Assembly: GCA_043809315.1 (NCBI GenBank)
Contig: JAZDDX010000007.1
Location: forward strand, 32,001-96,000
Length of the DNA stretch: 64,000 nucleotides
DNA from: Pseudomonadota bacterium
GTDB taxonomy: Bacteria > Bdellovibrionota_G > JALEGL01 > DATDPG01
Direction of reading: 5' to 3'
The position numbers and the translations under genes were made by a program. The notes under the pieces are model-generated. The model ran no database searches. It was not told the origin of the DNA and was given only the letters and a program-made list of their open reading frames with translations. Below, one piece after another: positions 37,901 through 47,132 of the stretch; position 1 is the stretch's first letter; each line of letters opens with the position of its first letter.

Positions 37901-38937
37901 TCCCGTTGACCGGCCAGATCTGGATCAAAAAACTCCAGAACTCCAGTTCGTTCAGCGCAAGCGTGCCGGGGCGGCTGATCGCGGTTCACAACTCCCCCTA
38001 CGTCCGAGGGATCGAGTCGGTCGGGACGAACATCGCGCTCGCCGGAATCAAGGGGGTTCAGATCATCCCCGATCCCAAGAGATTCGAAGTCGGGGCGGGC
38101 ACCCCCACCCCCGCCCCGTTCAAGGTCTATCTGGATGAAATCACCTGCAACCGGGCCTCCTCCAACGACGACCTGGGGTACCCGGAATTCCTGGACGTCG
38201 ACAGCCGATTCATCCTCCCTCCGGGGCAGTCCGTCGCAACCTCACAACAGATCTACCTCTCGACCGGCGTCGGGATCTCGTCCATTGACATGCTGAACGC
38301 CGACATCATCCTCGCGAACGAATTCCAGTTGACCGGCACTGCCGTCAGGCACAACACGTCGCTGACGCGCACATCACTCAGCGGATACTATTCGCGGTTG
38401 CTCGCGGCGGTCGAGCCCCAACAAGGGGGGAGCGTGACGAACCGGAATGCCGATCTGGTCCATATCCGGAGAATCGAAAGCGCCAATCTCGGGTTCTTTT
38501 CGATCGTTGCCTCGAACTGCGCGAATCCGGCAAACGACGTCTTCCGACAAACGAACAACTTTTATTCGATCGTTCCTCCCGGGCTCTTCTCCACCCCGAA
38601 ACCGACGAGCGTTCCGTACCGGCGCGCTCTCCTGCCTAATTCCCTCCTCTCCGGTGACGCCCTCGAAAAAGCGTGGTTCATGACGTTCCTGGAGGTCAAG
38701 ACGGCGAACGGCCCGGCTCCCGGCGCGTTCGACCCCCCTCTCGGCGTCGTCCCCGCCAATCCGACACAGACGCCGACCGGCTCGATCCCGACCTCAACTC
38801 CCAGCCCGACGCCGATCACGGCCACGGCGACGCCGATACCGACGAACACGCCGATTCCCGGCGGTAGCAGCAGCAGTGGCAGTGGCGGTTGTGGCTGCTC
38901 TAAGAGTGACCCCGATTGCCCACCATGTCATTCGTGA
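34915..38937 (+). CDS. Giant type IV pilin-like (PilW-type) protein, 1340 aa
   Basis: Class III signal peptide RKPRSSQIG|FTITELLVGALVVAVIG with Glu5; Thr/Ala and Thr/Pro linkers; beta-rich, Cys-containing domains. Confidence 0.8.
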   Translation: MRKPRSSQIGFTITELLVGALVVAVIGAATYRILTSNVRVHVGEMAAGERGKQSINALAQFEDDARSGNPTWARQGIPVVFPHQGLGPFDATTGRNAMGYCATANAKISPSGPLNQVEWCDVQSDGVTFMAVNRVKRQIYIPTKPVGYASDWATATEDGLPINVKSANTSSPPDLGDIMLIYQAHKWALARVSGPAVVPTAGGPQSIGQAPAPSWEDVIGIRSAYAVGGECDPDLGCEATNTPAPPTNTPNYTQTAIARVTQTAVAAVTQTAIARVTQTAVAAATQTAVAAATQTAVARVTQTAVAVAATSTAVAAVTVTARAQITATAAAIVSATAAAGATSTAISAATATANGAANATATAGAPTAAPMVSVGSWGSAALSSAGRQRLRNNGSVALGYEVIQAGPPVAGGPLDERSDVGADGVFIQTSSTYRPTPAPSGEEPVNDMVFSGNATAIENVCFHTYRGRFVTKSGEILQTLADATSAGSEIAANSAGVPQLYLVRTSWCKDDPETGPAFEHQVLMPIESFTLTYDVLKSVDAQGYEVTDRLDDTYVMGHSGTPTPVGATYSGEIWRDIGHSRAATPANPMDLTLYSSDTPNLPSSAAANYHSNLNKIVAVSAHIAGVDPSTGRTSDQRIKASIQEAAMRLQYQGGTMSVSISNNLLAPKTGKPAIVPYADGSVEVLVPVIEPCGSTDGVNCNATPNPDTVRPEMGVGSIQIRSESGALVDTITGFLLPDITFTAPGGLMLSNAGITGKGLTFYPSAISVGGGVPPKSIFVGGYAVGRNASNNLQRLPAIAVLRTNGKKVSDVAGEMYPCTSLGGTKSYAESQAAESCEVWAVPTQPGLYDTAAGITILPMPKAIAVWSGTATKVQVAATSLLAIGSVSKMTPTDPIYVYLATMTVFDDVTWKILLGTNYDYNRWSIPTPTASPTPAATLTPPTPTPISTPCQTNDCDGQILTSLSTQPLQLNQNRYIGAAVGNKSDGPPPPFGVGDVPLTGQIWIKKLQNSSSFSASVPGRLIAVHNSPYVRGIESVGTNIALAGIKGVQIIPDPKRFEVGAGTPTPAPFKVYLDEITCNRASSNDDLGYPEFLDVDSRFILPPGQSVATSQQIYLSTGVGISSIDMLNADIILANEFQLTGTAVRHNTSLTRTSLSGYYSRLLAAVEPQQGGSVTNRNADLVHIRRIESANLGFFSIVASNCANPANDVFRQTNNFYSIVPPGLFSTPKPTSVPYRRALLPNSLLSGDALEKAWFMTFLEVKTANGPAPGAFDPPLGVVPANPTQTPTGSIPTSTPSPTPITATATPIPTNTPIPGGSSSSGSGGCGCSKSDPDCPPCHS
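35671..35838 (+). repeat. Seven 24-nt tandem repeats encoding TQTA(I/V)Axx octapeptides
   Basis: Units such as acccaaaccgccgtcgcggccgcc and acccaaaccgccattgctcgcgtc. Confidence 0.92.
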
Positions 38938-38985
38938 CCTTTCGCGGCTGAGTCGGTTATAGTGGTCCTTCTTCCGGAGGATCCC

Positions 38986-39843
38986 TTGAGACATCCGAAA
39001 AAAAATCGAGGCGTGGCTCTCATCCTTTTGCTCATCGTTCTGATCGTGGCGACGATGATCGGCGTCTTCGGCCTCCGGATGTCGACGTTGGGGATCTTCC
39101 GGGCGGGTGGAAAGGCGGCGGAGGGCCGCCTGGTGCTCCTCGCCGAGGAAGGCCTCCAGACTACGCTTCACCGCTTCAGGCAGATCGCGAACTATTCCGG
39201 GGCCGAGAACGATACCATCGCACCGAAAAACGATTCGACGGTCCTGACCAACCGAGCACTGGCCTGTTCCGGGCAAACCATTTCCTCGGTCACCCTTTCT
39301 CTTCCAGGGGGGAGAGGGTTGCAGTGTATTTGTCCGCCTATCGATTCGGGGTCGAGCGTCTGTGAGTCGAACACGCCGCCCTATAACAACCCCTATTGCT
39401 CCGGGAATGACTGTTCGAGCGCCCCCTGTCCCGATTACTTCGACACCACCGAGCAGTTCGACGAGATCCGCCCCGGCGCCGACAATGTCTGGTGCAACTT
39501 CATGGGGACCGCGCTCAAGAACACGCAGGTCATCGTCGTCCGCCAGCCGAACGTCTATTTCACGGCTTCCAACGAAAAAAACGCCGTTTTCCTCGTGAAC
39601 GTCATCGCCCGCGATTCATCCGACCGCCGACAGCTGGTCCAGGGGGTCATTGTCGCCCCCTTCAGCAACGACTCGGTGGCGATCGCCTTGGCTGACCCGT
39701 ATCTTGCGACCGTCACGAAGCGGGCCGACCTCGGTCTCTCCGGTGCCGGTGTCGCAACGGCGCTGCCGACCAACACCGGCGTCAGTAGCAGTACGAGCAG
39801 CACCAGCAGCACGAGCAGTACCAGCGGTAAGGGCGGATCATAA
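38986..39843 (+). CDS. PilX-like minor pilin
   Basis: GGAGG RBS then TTG; KKNRG|VALILLLIVLIV lacking Glu5; LAEEGL motif; Cys-rich; (SST)n tail from 9-nt repeats at 39787-39822. Confidence 0.75.
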   Translation: MRHPKKNRGVALILLLIVLIVATMIGVFGLRMSTLGIFRAGGKAAEGRLVLLAEEGLQTTLHRFRQIANYSGAENDTIAPKNDSTVLTNRALACSGQTISSVTLSLPGGRGLQCICPPIDSGSSVCESNTPPYNNPYCSGNDCSSAPCPDYFDTTEQFDEIRPGADNVWCNFMGTALKNTQVIVVRQPNVYFTASNEKNAVFLVNVIARDSSDRRQLVQGVIVAPFSNDSVAIALADPYLATVTKRADLGLSGAGVATALPTNTGVSSSTSSTSSTSSTSGKGGS

Positions 39844-39844
39844 A

Positions 39845-40693
39845 TCAGTCAGCAACGAGACCCTTTAGAACGAAGAAGACGTTCTCTTTCCGCTCCCGCA
39901 GGCGGCGCATGAAGTACGGGAGCCAATGCGACCCGAACGGGACGTAAGTCCGGACCTGGAATCCGTTTTTTGCCAGCTCCCGGGCGCGTTTCCGACGCAG
40001 GCCATAGAGCATCTGGAACTCGAACCGGTCGCGGGGAATCTTCTCCTCACCCGTCCACTCGATCGCCCAGTCGATCAGCCGGTCGTCGTGCGTGGCGATC
40101 CCGACTTTCGATCCCCCCCGGAGGAGGATCTCGACCATCGTCCGGAACGAACGGCGGATGTCGTCCATGTTCTTGAAGGCGATGCTCTGGGGCTCCTTGT
40201 ACGCCCCCTTACAGACCCGAACCGGGGCATGAAGTGCCGCCAGATCCCGGGCATCTTTCTCGCTTCGATAGAGATACGACTGAAGAACGATCCCGACGTT
40301 CGGATGGTCCCGATACAAACGGTAGTAGACGTCGAGCGTCGACTGCGTCAGCGCCGAACTCTCCATGTCGATCCGGACGAAGTTTTCCTGTTGGCGGGCT
40401 TTTTCCAGGATCGCGTGCATCTGGGAGAAGCAGAATTCGGTGTCGATCTCGAGCCCCATCTGGGACAGCTTGATCGAGACGTTCCCCGCGATCCCCTGAC
40501 ATGCGATCTCGTCGAGCAGCCGGAGGTAATCGTGTGCAGCCCCCTCCGCCTCGTTCCGGTCGGTCACCGCCTCCCCGAGGACATCGAGCGAGGCGAGGAT
40601 CCCGTTTCCGTTCAACCGGCGGACCGCTTCCACAGCGTCCGACATCTCTTCCCCGGCGACGAACCGCCGGGCCAGATAGGTGAGAGCACGCAT
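39845..40693 (-). CDS. Monofunctional proline dehydrogenase
   Basis: RFVAGE, SIKLSQMGL, RIDME, RVCKGAY, IATHD, FEFQMLYG, YFMRRL. Confidence 0.93.
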   Translation of the reverse strand: MRALTYLARRFVAGEEMSDAVEAVRRLNGNGILASLDVLGEAVTDRNEAEGAAHDYLRLLDEIACQGIAGNVSIKLSQMGLEIDTEFCFSQMHAILEKARQQENFVRIDMESSALTQSTLDVYYRLYRDHPNVGIVLQSYLYRSEKDARDLAALHAPVRVCKGAYKEPQSIAFKNMDDIRRSFRTMVEILLRGGSKVGIATHDDRLIDWAIEWTGEEKIPRDRFEFQMLYGLRRKRARELAKNGFQVRTYVPFGSHWLPYFMRRLRERKENVFFVLKGLVAD

Positions 40694-40756
40694 GGGGCGG
40701 TAGTTAACCCGTTTTTTCGGAGGTGGGAAAGACGAAATTCGAGAAGGACTGATCTT

Positions 40757-41239
40757 TCAGTCGACCTTGATCCCGATGATCTCGAGTTCCCGACGGCCGC
40801 CGGGGACCTGCGCTTCGACGACATCCCCGACGTTCTTCCCGATTAACGCTTTCGCGATCGGGGAGTTGACGGAGATGTACCCTTTCCCGAGATCGGCTTC
40901 GAGTTCACCGACGATCCGATACGACAACTCTTTGTCCGCGGAGGGATCGTACAGGCGCACCGTCATTCCGAAGATCACCCGGGAGGGGTCCATCCGGCTC
41001 GGGTCGATCACCTCGGCGCGGGAGAGTTGGTCCTCCAGAAAACGGATCCGCGCCTCCAGCTGCCCCTGCCGCTCTTTCGCGGCGTGATACTCGGCGTTCT
41101 CGCTCAAATCCCCGTGGCTCCGGGCCGTCTCGATCTCGGCGACGATCTTCAGACGTTCGGCCGTCTTGAGCTTGCTCAGCTCCTCGACCAGTTTCGTTTT
41201 TCCGTTGGGCGTCATCGGGACTCGGATTTGAACCGGCAT
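40757..41239 (-). CDS. greA: Transcription elongation factor GreA
   Basis: ARSHGDLSENAEYHAAK; ISVNSPIAKAL. Confidence 0.97.
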   Translation of the reverse strand: MPVQIRVPMTPNGKTKLVEELSKLKTAERLKIVAEIETARSHGDLSENAEYHAAKERQGQLEARIRFLEDQLSRAEVIDPSRMDPSRVIFGMTVRLYDPSADKELSYRIVGELEADLGKGYISVNSPIAKALIGKNVGDVVEAQVPGGRRELEIIGIKVD

Positions 41240-41248
41240 CTTCTCTCC

Positions 41249-42061
41249 TTACCGGTTGGAGTCCGCGATGTTCTCGCCGCCGTCGACGCCGATCACGTTC
41301 CCCGTGATCCATCGGGCGTGCGGGAGTGAGAAGGCGACCAGCGCGTCCGCTACATCCTCGGGGGTCGTGAGGCGCCGGTGGGGATTCCGTGCCGTCGCCA
41401 ACCCGATCATCCGCTCGTTCCCCGGGATCTTCCGGAGAGCCGGCGTGTCGGTGACCCCGGCCCGGATCGCATTGGCCGTGATTTTTTTCGGGGCAAGTTC
41501 GAGGGCAAGCTGCCGGACATGCGACTCGAGGGCCGCTTTGGCCGCGGAAACCGCTCCGTAGTTCGGCCAGACCCTCTCCCCTCCCGCGCTCGTCATCGCG
41601 AAGACTCTTCCCCCCTCCTTCAACAGGTTCCGGGCAACCAGATCCTGCGTCCAGTAGACGAGGGAGTGCGCCATCACGTCGAGCGTCATCTCGAGCTGCG
41701 ACCGGTTGATCGCCTCTCCCGGAGGACCGAAGTACGGTTTCAAGGCACCGAACGCCAGCGAGTGCATCAGGACATGCACCGTTCCGGTCGGGCCGAGTTT
41801 GGCCGCAAGAGAGGTCATGACCTCGGCCTGCTGGTCCGGGTCGGCGGCGTTGACGTTGAAGAAAAGTGCTTCCCGTCCCGCCTCCCGGATCGATCCGATG
41901 ATCCGGTCGACATTCTCCAGGGTCGCCTTGCGATCGAGATGGACGCCGCAAATATGCATGCCGGCACGAGCCAGGGCGATCGACGTCGCCCCGCCGAACC
42001 CGCTCGACGAACCCAGAACGACGGCCCATTTCCCGTCTAACTCTTTGAAATAATTGGCCAC
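41249..42061 (-). CDS. SDR oxidoreductase, enoyl-ACP reductase (FabL-like)
   Basis: GSSSGFG; YGAVSAAK (Yx6K). Confidence 0.8.
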   Translation of the reverse strand: MANYFKELDGKWAVVLGSSSGFGGATSIALARAGMHICGVHLDRKATLENVDRIIGSIREAGREALFFNVNAADPDQQAEVMTSLAAKLGPTGTVHVLMHSLAFGALKPYFGPPGEAINRSQLEMTLDVMAHSLVYWTQDLVARNLLKEGGRVFAMTSAGGERVWPNYGAVSAAKAALESHVRQLALELAPKKITANAIRAGVTDTPALRKIPGNERMIGLATARNPHRRLTTPEDVADALVAFSLPHARWITGNVIGVDGGENIADSNR

Positions 42062-42169
42062 AGAAGAACCTCAGCCGAGAGAGGCTCTCGGCTGGTGGGA
42101 GGATGGTACCGATCCCGATACGATTCGCAAGGGGTTCGGGGGGATTTTTTCCTGTGGTAGGGTGTGCGA

Positions 42170-42976
42170 ATGAAGGTCACGCGCGAGACGGTTGTTATCG
42201 TAACAGGAGCTTCCGGGGGGATCGGGAAGGAAACGGCGCTCGAGTTCGCCCGAAAGGGGGCAAGGGTCGTTCTGGCCGCCCGGAATCTGGCCCGCCTCGA
42301 AGAGGTGGCAAAGGAGATCGCAGCGATCGGGTCGGAGGCGCTGATCGTTCCCTGCGACGTCTCGAAAGAGGCGGAGTGCAAGCAGATGGTCGCCAAGGGG
42401 ATCGACCGGTTCGGGAAGATCGACATCCTGGTCAACAACGCAGGGTACGGCCATTACGCGGCGGTCGAGAACCTCGTGGCAGAGGATCTTCACAAGATCT
42501 TTTCGACCAACCTCTACGGGGCGATCTGGTGCGCGCAGGCGGTGATCCCTCATATGAAGGCCCGGCACACAGGGCACATCGTGAACGTCTCGACGGTGAT
42601 CTCGTTCCGCTCGATGCCGTACATGACCGCCTACTGCATGACGAAGTTCGCGATGAACGCGATGGACGAAGGGTTGCGTCTCGAGCTGCGGCCGTTCGGA
42701 ATCGGGGTCACGCTTCTCTGCCCGGGCCTCACCGCGACCGACTTCCAGACGAACGCCGACAAAGTGGGGTACGCCCCGCCGATCCGGAGCCGGGGAGGGA
42801 TGTCGGCGATCCGGGTCGGGAAGCTCCTGGTCCGGGCCGTCGAGAAAAAACGGCGCCGCGTGGCGCTCACGTTCTCCGGGAACGTTCTGATGTATCTCCA
42901 GCGGATCTGTCCGGCGATGGTCGACGAGATCTTGAGCCTGGTCTTCTCCCGGAAACTGGGTCCGAAGACGACGTAA
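42170..42976 (+). CDS. Classical SDR oxidoreductase
   Basis: TGASGGIG, NNAG, YCMTK. Confidence 0.92.
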   Translation: MKVTRETVVIVTGASGGIGKETALEFARKGARVVLAARNLARLEEVAKEIAAIGSEALIVPCDVSKEAECKQMVAKGIDRFGKIDILVNNAGYGHYAAVENLVAEDLHKIFSTNLYGAIWCAQAVIPHMKARHTGHIVNVSTVISFRSMPYMTAYCMTKFAMNAMDEGLRLELRPFGIGVTLLCPGLTATDFQTNADKVGYAPPIRSRGGMSAIRVGKLLVRAVEKKRRRVALTFSGNVLMYLQRICPAMVDEILSLVFSRKLGPKTT

Positions 42977-42979
42977 CCG

Positions 42980-44185
42980 TCAGCCGCTCTTCAGCTCTTC
43001 CGCTTTGATCCGCAAGCTCTCGGCCTGAGCCAGGTCGCCGAGATCCTCGACGTGGTATGCGCGTGCCTCCAAGGCCGAGGCAAGTAACGGATCGAGGCCC
43101 GAACTCCGCGCCGCTTCCTCGAACGTATCGAGGTCGGCCGCGGCTTCCGAAACCATCCCGACCGCCCGGAGGATCATCGCCCTCAACCGAATCGGTCGGT
43201 CGAAGAGCATCCCCGCTCCGAGAGGGATCCAGCCGACCGGCCCCCCCAGAACCGAGTTCACGGTTTCGAGCGCCGCCTCGGCGCTCCGCTCGATCGCCTC
43301 GAGATCGGCGAGCCCGAGAAGCGCCTCCCCCAGCTCGACCCAGCGCTGACCGTCCCGCATCCGTTCGAACTCCTCCCGAAAGACGTTCCGCGACTCGTCG
43401 GTCCGCAGGAGACTCGGCACCGGCTTCAAGAACTCCTCCTGTCCGAGGCGGCTCCGGAGCGTCTTTTGCAGATTCTGCATCTGGAACACGGAGGCGATCG
43501 AGATCACCGCCCTTCCCGCTTCCGCGGAAAGCGCCTTCTTCTCCTTCGCCGCCAGCGACATCGTGAGCAGGGCATCCGTGGGACGAAGACGGATCAGATC
43601 GGCCCAAAAACGGAGTTCCGGATCGGAGAACGTGGTCAGAACTTCCGAAAGAGGCCGGTCGGCCACCGACTTGGGGATTGCGATCTCCCCGATCCCGCTC
43701 AAGAGCGTTTCCTCCGATCCCACTTCCTTCCAGTCGAGCTTCGAAATCGCATCGACCGGGGGGAGAACGATCGAATCGTCCGCCCCTTTCCAGAGCTGGG
43801 ATGCCTGCGAACGAAGCCTCCCCGCGACCGGGAACGACTCGAGCCAGAGAAGGGTCCAGGTCGCCGTCCGCTCGAGCATCCTCCGTTCGACCTGGATGCG
43901 TCTCAGCACCTCGTCCCCGAACTTGTCGTAGAGGTGTTCCAAGCCGGTCAGGACGAAGAGGGTCGAGTTGAAATGCGACCCCTCGTGCCGCTCGAAAGCG
44001 CGCGGCCAGAGTTTCGGAGCCGCGAACGGTTCCTGGACGAGTTGAAATCCGCGTTCCCCGAGATACTTACAGAGTGTGTCCCGCTGCGCGATCGTTCCGA
44101 CGCCGATGAAAAAACGGGGCATCGCCCCCGCCGTGGAAGCCGAGTCGTGGAAGCGCGTCGCCGCTTTCGCGAGGCCGTCGTCCAC
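42980..44185 (-). CDS. Hypothetical protein
   Basis: Long ORF with genome-typical codon usage; GTG overlaps the upstream stop; helical C-terminus. Confidence 0.6.
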   Translation of the reverse strand: MDDGLAKAATRFHDSASTAGAMPRFFIGVGTIAQRDTLCKYLGERGFQLVQEPFAAPKLWPRAFERHEGSHFNSTLFVLTGLEHLYDKFGDEVLRRIQVERRMLERTATWTLLWLESFPVAGRLRSQASQLWKGADDSIVLPPVDAISKLDWKEVGSEETLLSGIGEIAIPKSVADRPLSEVLTTFSDPELRFWADLIRLRPTDALLTMSLAAKEKKALSAEAGRAVISIASVFQMQNLQKTLRSRLGQEEFLKPVPSLLRTDESRNVFREEFERMRDGQRWVELGEALLGLADLEAIERSAEAALETVNSVLGGPVGWIPLGAGMLFDRPIRLRAMILRAVGMVSEAAADLDTFEEAARSSGLDPLLASALEARAYHVEDLGDLAQAESLRIKAEELKSG

Positions 44186-44994
44186 TAGAAGATGACGCGG
44201 AAGTCCCCGACGATGAGAAGCCCGAATACACCGCGTGCCGGCTGCCGGAACGGGGCCAGGAGATGGACCCCGAACGACATCTCGTAATCCTGGAAACGGA
44301 AGCCGGGGCCGGCATAAAGCTCGGTCTGCTTGTTCCCCCCCGAGATCGTCGAGTACCCCCCCATCTCCACCGTCCCCCAAAGATTCTGGTCAATCGACAT
44401 CGCAACCGCCGCGTCGTACGAGATGATGTCTTCGATCTTGTCCCTCGAGGGATCCGACTTCGTGAAAATCTGAAGATCGTTCCCGAGATCGAGGGAGAAG
44501 GTCAAACGATCACGAATGTAACTGACCGCAACGTAGGGGGAGATCGCCGCCTGATCTTTGGCGTACGAAACGACCGGCCTCAAGAACGTCCCGAGCCTCG
44601 CCCCGGTCTGCGCCGTCGGGAGGGCAACGTCCGCACCGACCGCGAAACGGAACCGGTCGAACGGGGTCACGTACTTCGCACCGATGACGATGTTTCCAAT
44701 CCCGTAATCGTCCGGCCCTTTCGAGAGCGTCCCCGCAAGGGGCAGGCCGATCGAGATCTCCCAATCGGGAGTCATGGCGTACTCGACGCCGAAATAGTTC
44801 GTGATCGGCGACCCTCGCCCGCCGGTCAGCCCCGGTTTTCCGAGCCAGCCGACCCCGAGTTGGGCGCGAAACGCCGTCTCGACCGAGGTCTCCCGCGCCA
44901 TCAGGAACTGGGCCTCCGTCCCCCCTTCCGCCGCTCGGGCGGAGCCGATCAGGGCCAGAGAGATCACCGTCACAGCCGAAAGATTCCGGATCAT
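44185..44994 (-). CDS. Outer-membrane beta-barrel protein
   Basis: Signal peptide; GIGNI..GAKY and ALPT motifs; C-terminal Phe. Confidence 0.65.
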   Translation of the reverse strand: MIRNLSAVTVISLALIGSARAAEGGTEAQFLMARETSVETAFRAQLGVGWLGKPGLTGGRGSPITNYFGVEYAMTPDWEISIGLPLAGTLSKGPDDYGIGNIVIGAKYVTPFDRFRFAVGADVALPTAQTGARLGTFLRPVVSYAKDQAAISPYVAVSYIRDRLTFSLDLGNDLQIFTKSDPSRDKIEDIISYDAAVAMSIDQNLWGTVEMGGYSTISGGNKQTELYAGPGFRFQDYEMSFGVHLLAPFRQPARGVFGLLIVGDFRVIF

Positions 44995-45842
44995 ACGAAC
45001 CCTCCCAAATCACCGTAAAACTGTTCGAGTGTCGTCGAAAGATAGGTGAACGCCTCTTTCGGCGTATCGCAATATTTGAGGTAGCTGAGGTCCTCCGGCG
45101 AAAGAACCCCCCACCGGACCATCTCCTTGAAGTCGATCACCTTGTTCCAGTACTCCGACCCGTAGATCACGACCGGGATCTTTTTCCGGAGTTTCTCCGT
45201 CTGGATCAAGGTCAGGAGCTCCGACAGCTCGTCGAGCGTCCCGAACCCGCCGGGGAAGATCACCAGCCCTTTCGCCATGTAGGCGAACCAGTATTTGCGG
45301 ATGAAGAAGTAATGGAATTCGAAGTTCAGCTCGCGGGAGATGTACGGGTTCGGGAGCTGCTCGAACGGAAGCGAGATGTTGAAGCCGATCGAGAGCCCGC
45401 CGGCATCGTGCGCCCCTCGGCTCGCCGCCTCCATGATCCCGGGACCCCCTCCCGAACAGACGATGAACCGTCTCTTGCCACGCCCGAGCCCTTTCGACCA
45501 AACAGTCAAGAGGCGGGCCAGTTCGCGGGCGTCCTCGTAATACTTCGACATGTAGAGAAAGCGCTCGGCCCGCTCGATCTCCGCTCTCCCCTTCGCCCCA
45601 AGCGGCTTCGCTTTCTTCCGTGTCTCCTCCAGCTGTTGCTTCGCGATCTCGGTCGGTTGGATCCGGGCGGAGCCGAAGAAGACGACCGTGTCGTGGACGC
45701 GGAACTTGCGGAACCGGACCTGCGGCTCCAGAAACTCGGAGAGGATCCGGACGACGCGGGCGTCGGGGGAGTCGATGAAATGTTCGTTCTTGTACGCCTT
45801 CACCGGCTTGCGGATCGGATGGTGGTTCGAGTCTTGTCCCAT
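44991..45842 (-). CDS. LOG family nucleotide monophosphate nucleosidase
   Basis: FFGSAR, SGGGPGIMEA, PGGFGTLDE. Confidence 0.92.
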   Translation of the reverse strand: MGQDSNHHPIRKPVKAYKNEHFIDSPDARVVRILSEFLEPQVRFRKFRVHDTVVFFGSARIQPTEIAKQQLEETRKKAKPLGAKGRAEIERAERFLYMSKYYEDARELARLLTVWSKGLGRGKRRFIVCSGGGPGIMEAASRGAHDAGGLSIGFNISLPFEQLPNPYISRELNFEFHYFFIRKYWFAYMAKGLVIFPGGFGTLDELSELLTLIQTEKLRKKIPVVIYGSEYWNKVIDFKEMVRWGVLSPEDLSYLKYCDTPKEAFTYLSTTLEQFYGDLGGFV

Positions 45843-45905
45843 AGGTTTTCCGAAAAGAGACGCGAGTATACCCGAAACCCTCTCTTTTCCGTATGATGAA
45901 AGGAG

Positions 45906-47132
45906 GTGGAGCGGAAGCGGAAACTATTCTGGATCGTCGTCCTGTATCTCTCCCAGGGGTTCCCGTTCGGGGTGATCACGTTCCAGCTTCCGTTCTATTT
46001 CCGCACCCACGGCCTCTCCCTCGACTTCATCGGCCTCCTGGCCCTTCTTCAGCTCCCCTGGAGCCTCAAGATGATCTGGGCTCCGCTCGTCGACCGGTAC
46101 GGTCAGCGGAAACACTGGGTCGCGGCAATGCAGGGGGTGATGGCGTTTTTCTTTTTCCTGCTGCCGACCCAGGACGCCGCTTCCCCCACGCCACTCCTTT
46201 TTCTCGCGTTGATCGCACTTCCGTTCGCTTCCGCCACGGCCGACATCGCGATCGACGCCTACACGATCGAGATCCTCAAGAAGGACGAAGTCGCCTCCGC
46301 CAATGCGGCCCGGATGATCTCGTGGAAAATCGCTTATGTTTTTGCAACCGGCATCGTGGGGACAGTGGCATCCCGCTTCGGTTGGAATTGGGCCTATATC
46401 TTTTGCGGCTTTTTCCTCGTCTGGCTCATCCCGATCACGCTTGCCGCCCCCGATAGCCGTCTCGAAATCGCACCCTCAGAGACACGCACCACCGCGTCGT
46501 TCTTTTCCTCCCGTTTCTGGCTCGAGGGGTACGGCACGTTGATGGGGCGCTCGGGGATCCTCCTCGTCCTTCTCTTCGTTCTCACCTACAAGCTCGGAAG
46601 TGCAACGATCGGGCCGATGATCTCCCCGTTCTGGCACGACCGACACTTTTCGCCGCAGGAGACCGGCTGGGTTTCCGGAGCGGTGGGTTCCCTGGAATCG
46701 ATTGCGGCTCCGCTCGTGGCCGCCTGGTTCATCTCGAAGCTCCGTCTCTTCCACGCGCTCTGGGTCTTCGCATTTCTTCAGATGGCCCCCGCTCTCCTGT
46801 ACGCCGCGGTGGCGCATTGGGATCTGGGAAGGCCTGCGATCTACGCGGCGTCGCTAAGTCAGAGCTTCGACCTGAGCCTCGCCAACGTCGCCTTCGCGAG
46901 TTTCTTGATGATGATTTGCGATAAGAAGTACGCCGCGACTCAGTACGCGATGCTTACCTGCCTCTTCGCCCTCACACGATCGGTTGCAGGGGGGCTCGGC
47001 GGATTCGCGGCACAGAGAATGGGGTACGCCCCCTTCTTCCTCGCCGCATTCTTCTTGGGCTTTGTTTCGTTCCTTTTTCTCCCGGCGGTCCGCCGGTGGA
47101 TCGACGCGGCCTCGAAGCCGCCCGCGCCCTGA
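45906..47132 (+). CDS. ampG: AmpG-like MFS transporter
   Basis: LYLSQGFP, PWSLKMIWAPLVD, ATADIAIDAY, ATQYA. Confidence 0.82.
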   Translation: MERKRKLFWIVVLYLSQGFPFGVITFQLPFYFRTHGLSLDFIGLLALLQLPWSLKMIWAPLVDRYGQRKHWVAAMQGVMAFFFFLLPTQDAASPTPLLFLALIALPFASATADIAIDAYTIEILKKDEVASANAARMISWKIAYVFATGIVGTVASRFGWNWAYIFCGFFLVWLIPITLAAPDSRLEIAPSETRTTASFFSSRFWLEGYGTLMGRSGILLVLLFVLTYKLGSATIGPMISPFWHDRHFSPQETGWVSGAVGSLESIAAPLVAAWFISKLRLFHALWVFAFLQMAPALLYAAVAHWDLGRPAIYAASLSQSFDLSLANVAFASFLMMICDKKYAATQYAMLTCLFALTRSVAGGLGGFAAQRMGYAPFFLAAFFLGFVSFLFLPAVRRWIDAASKPPAP

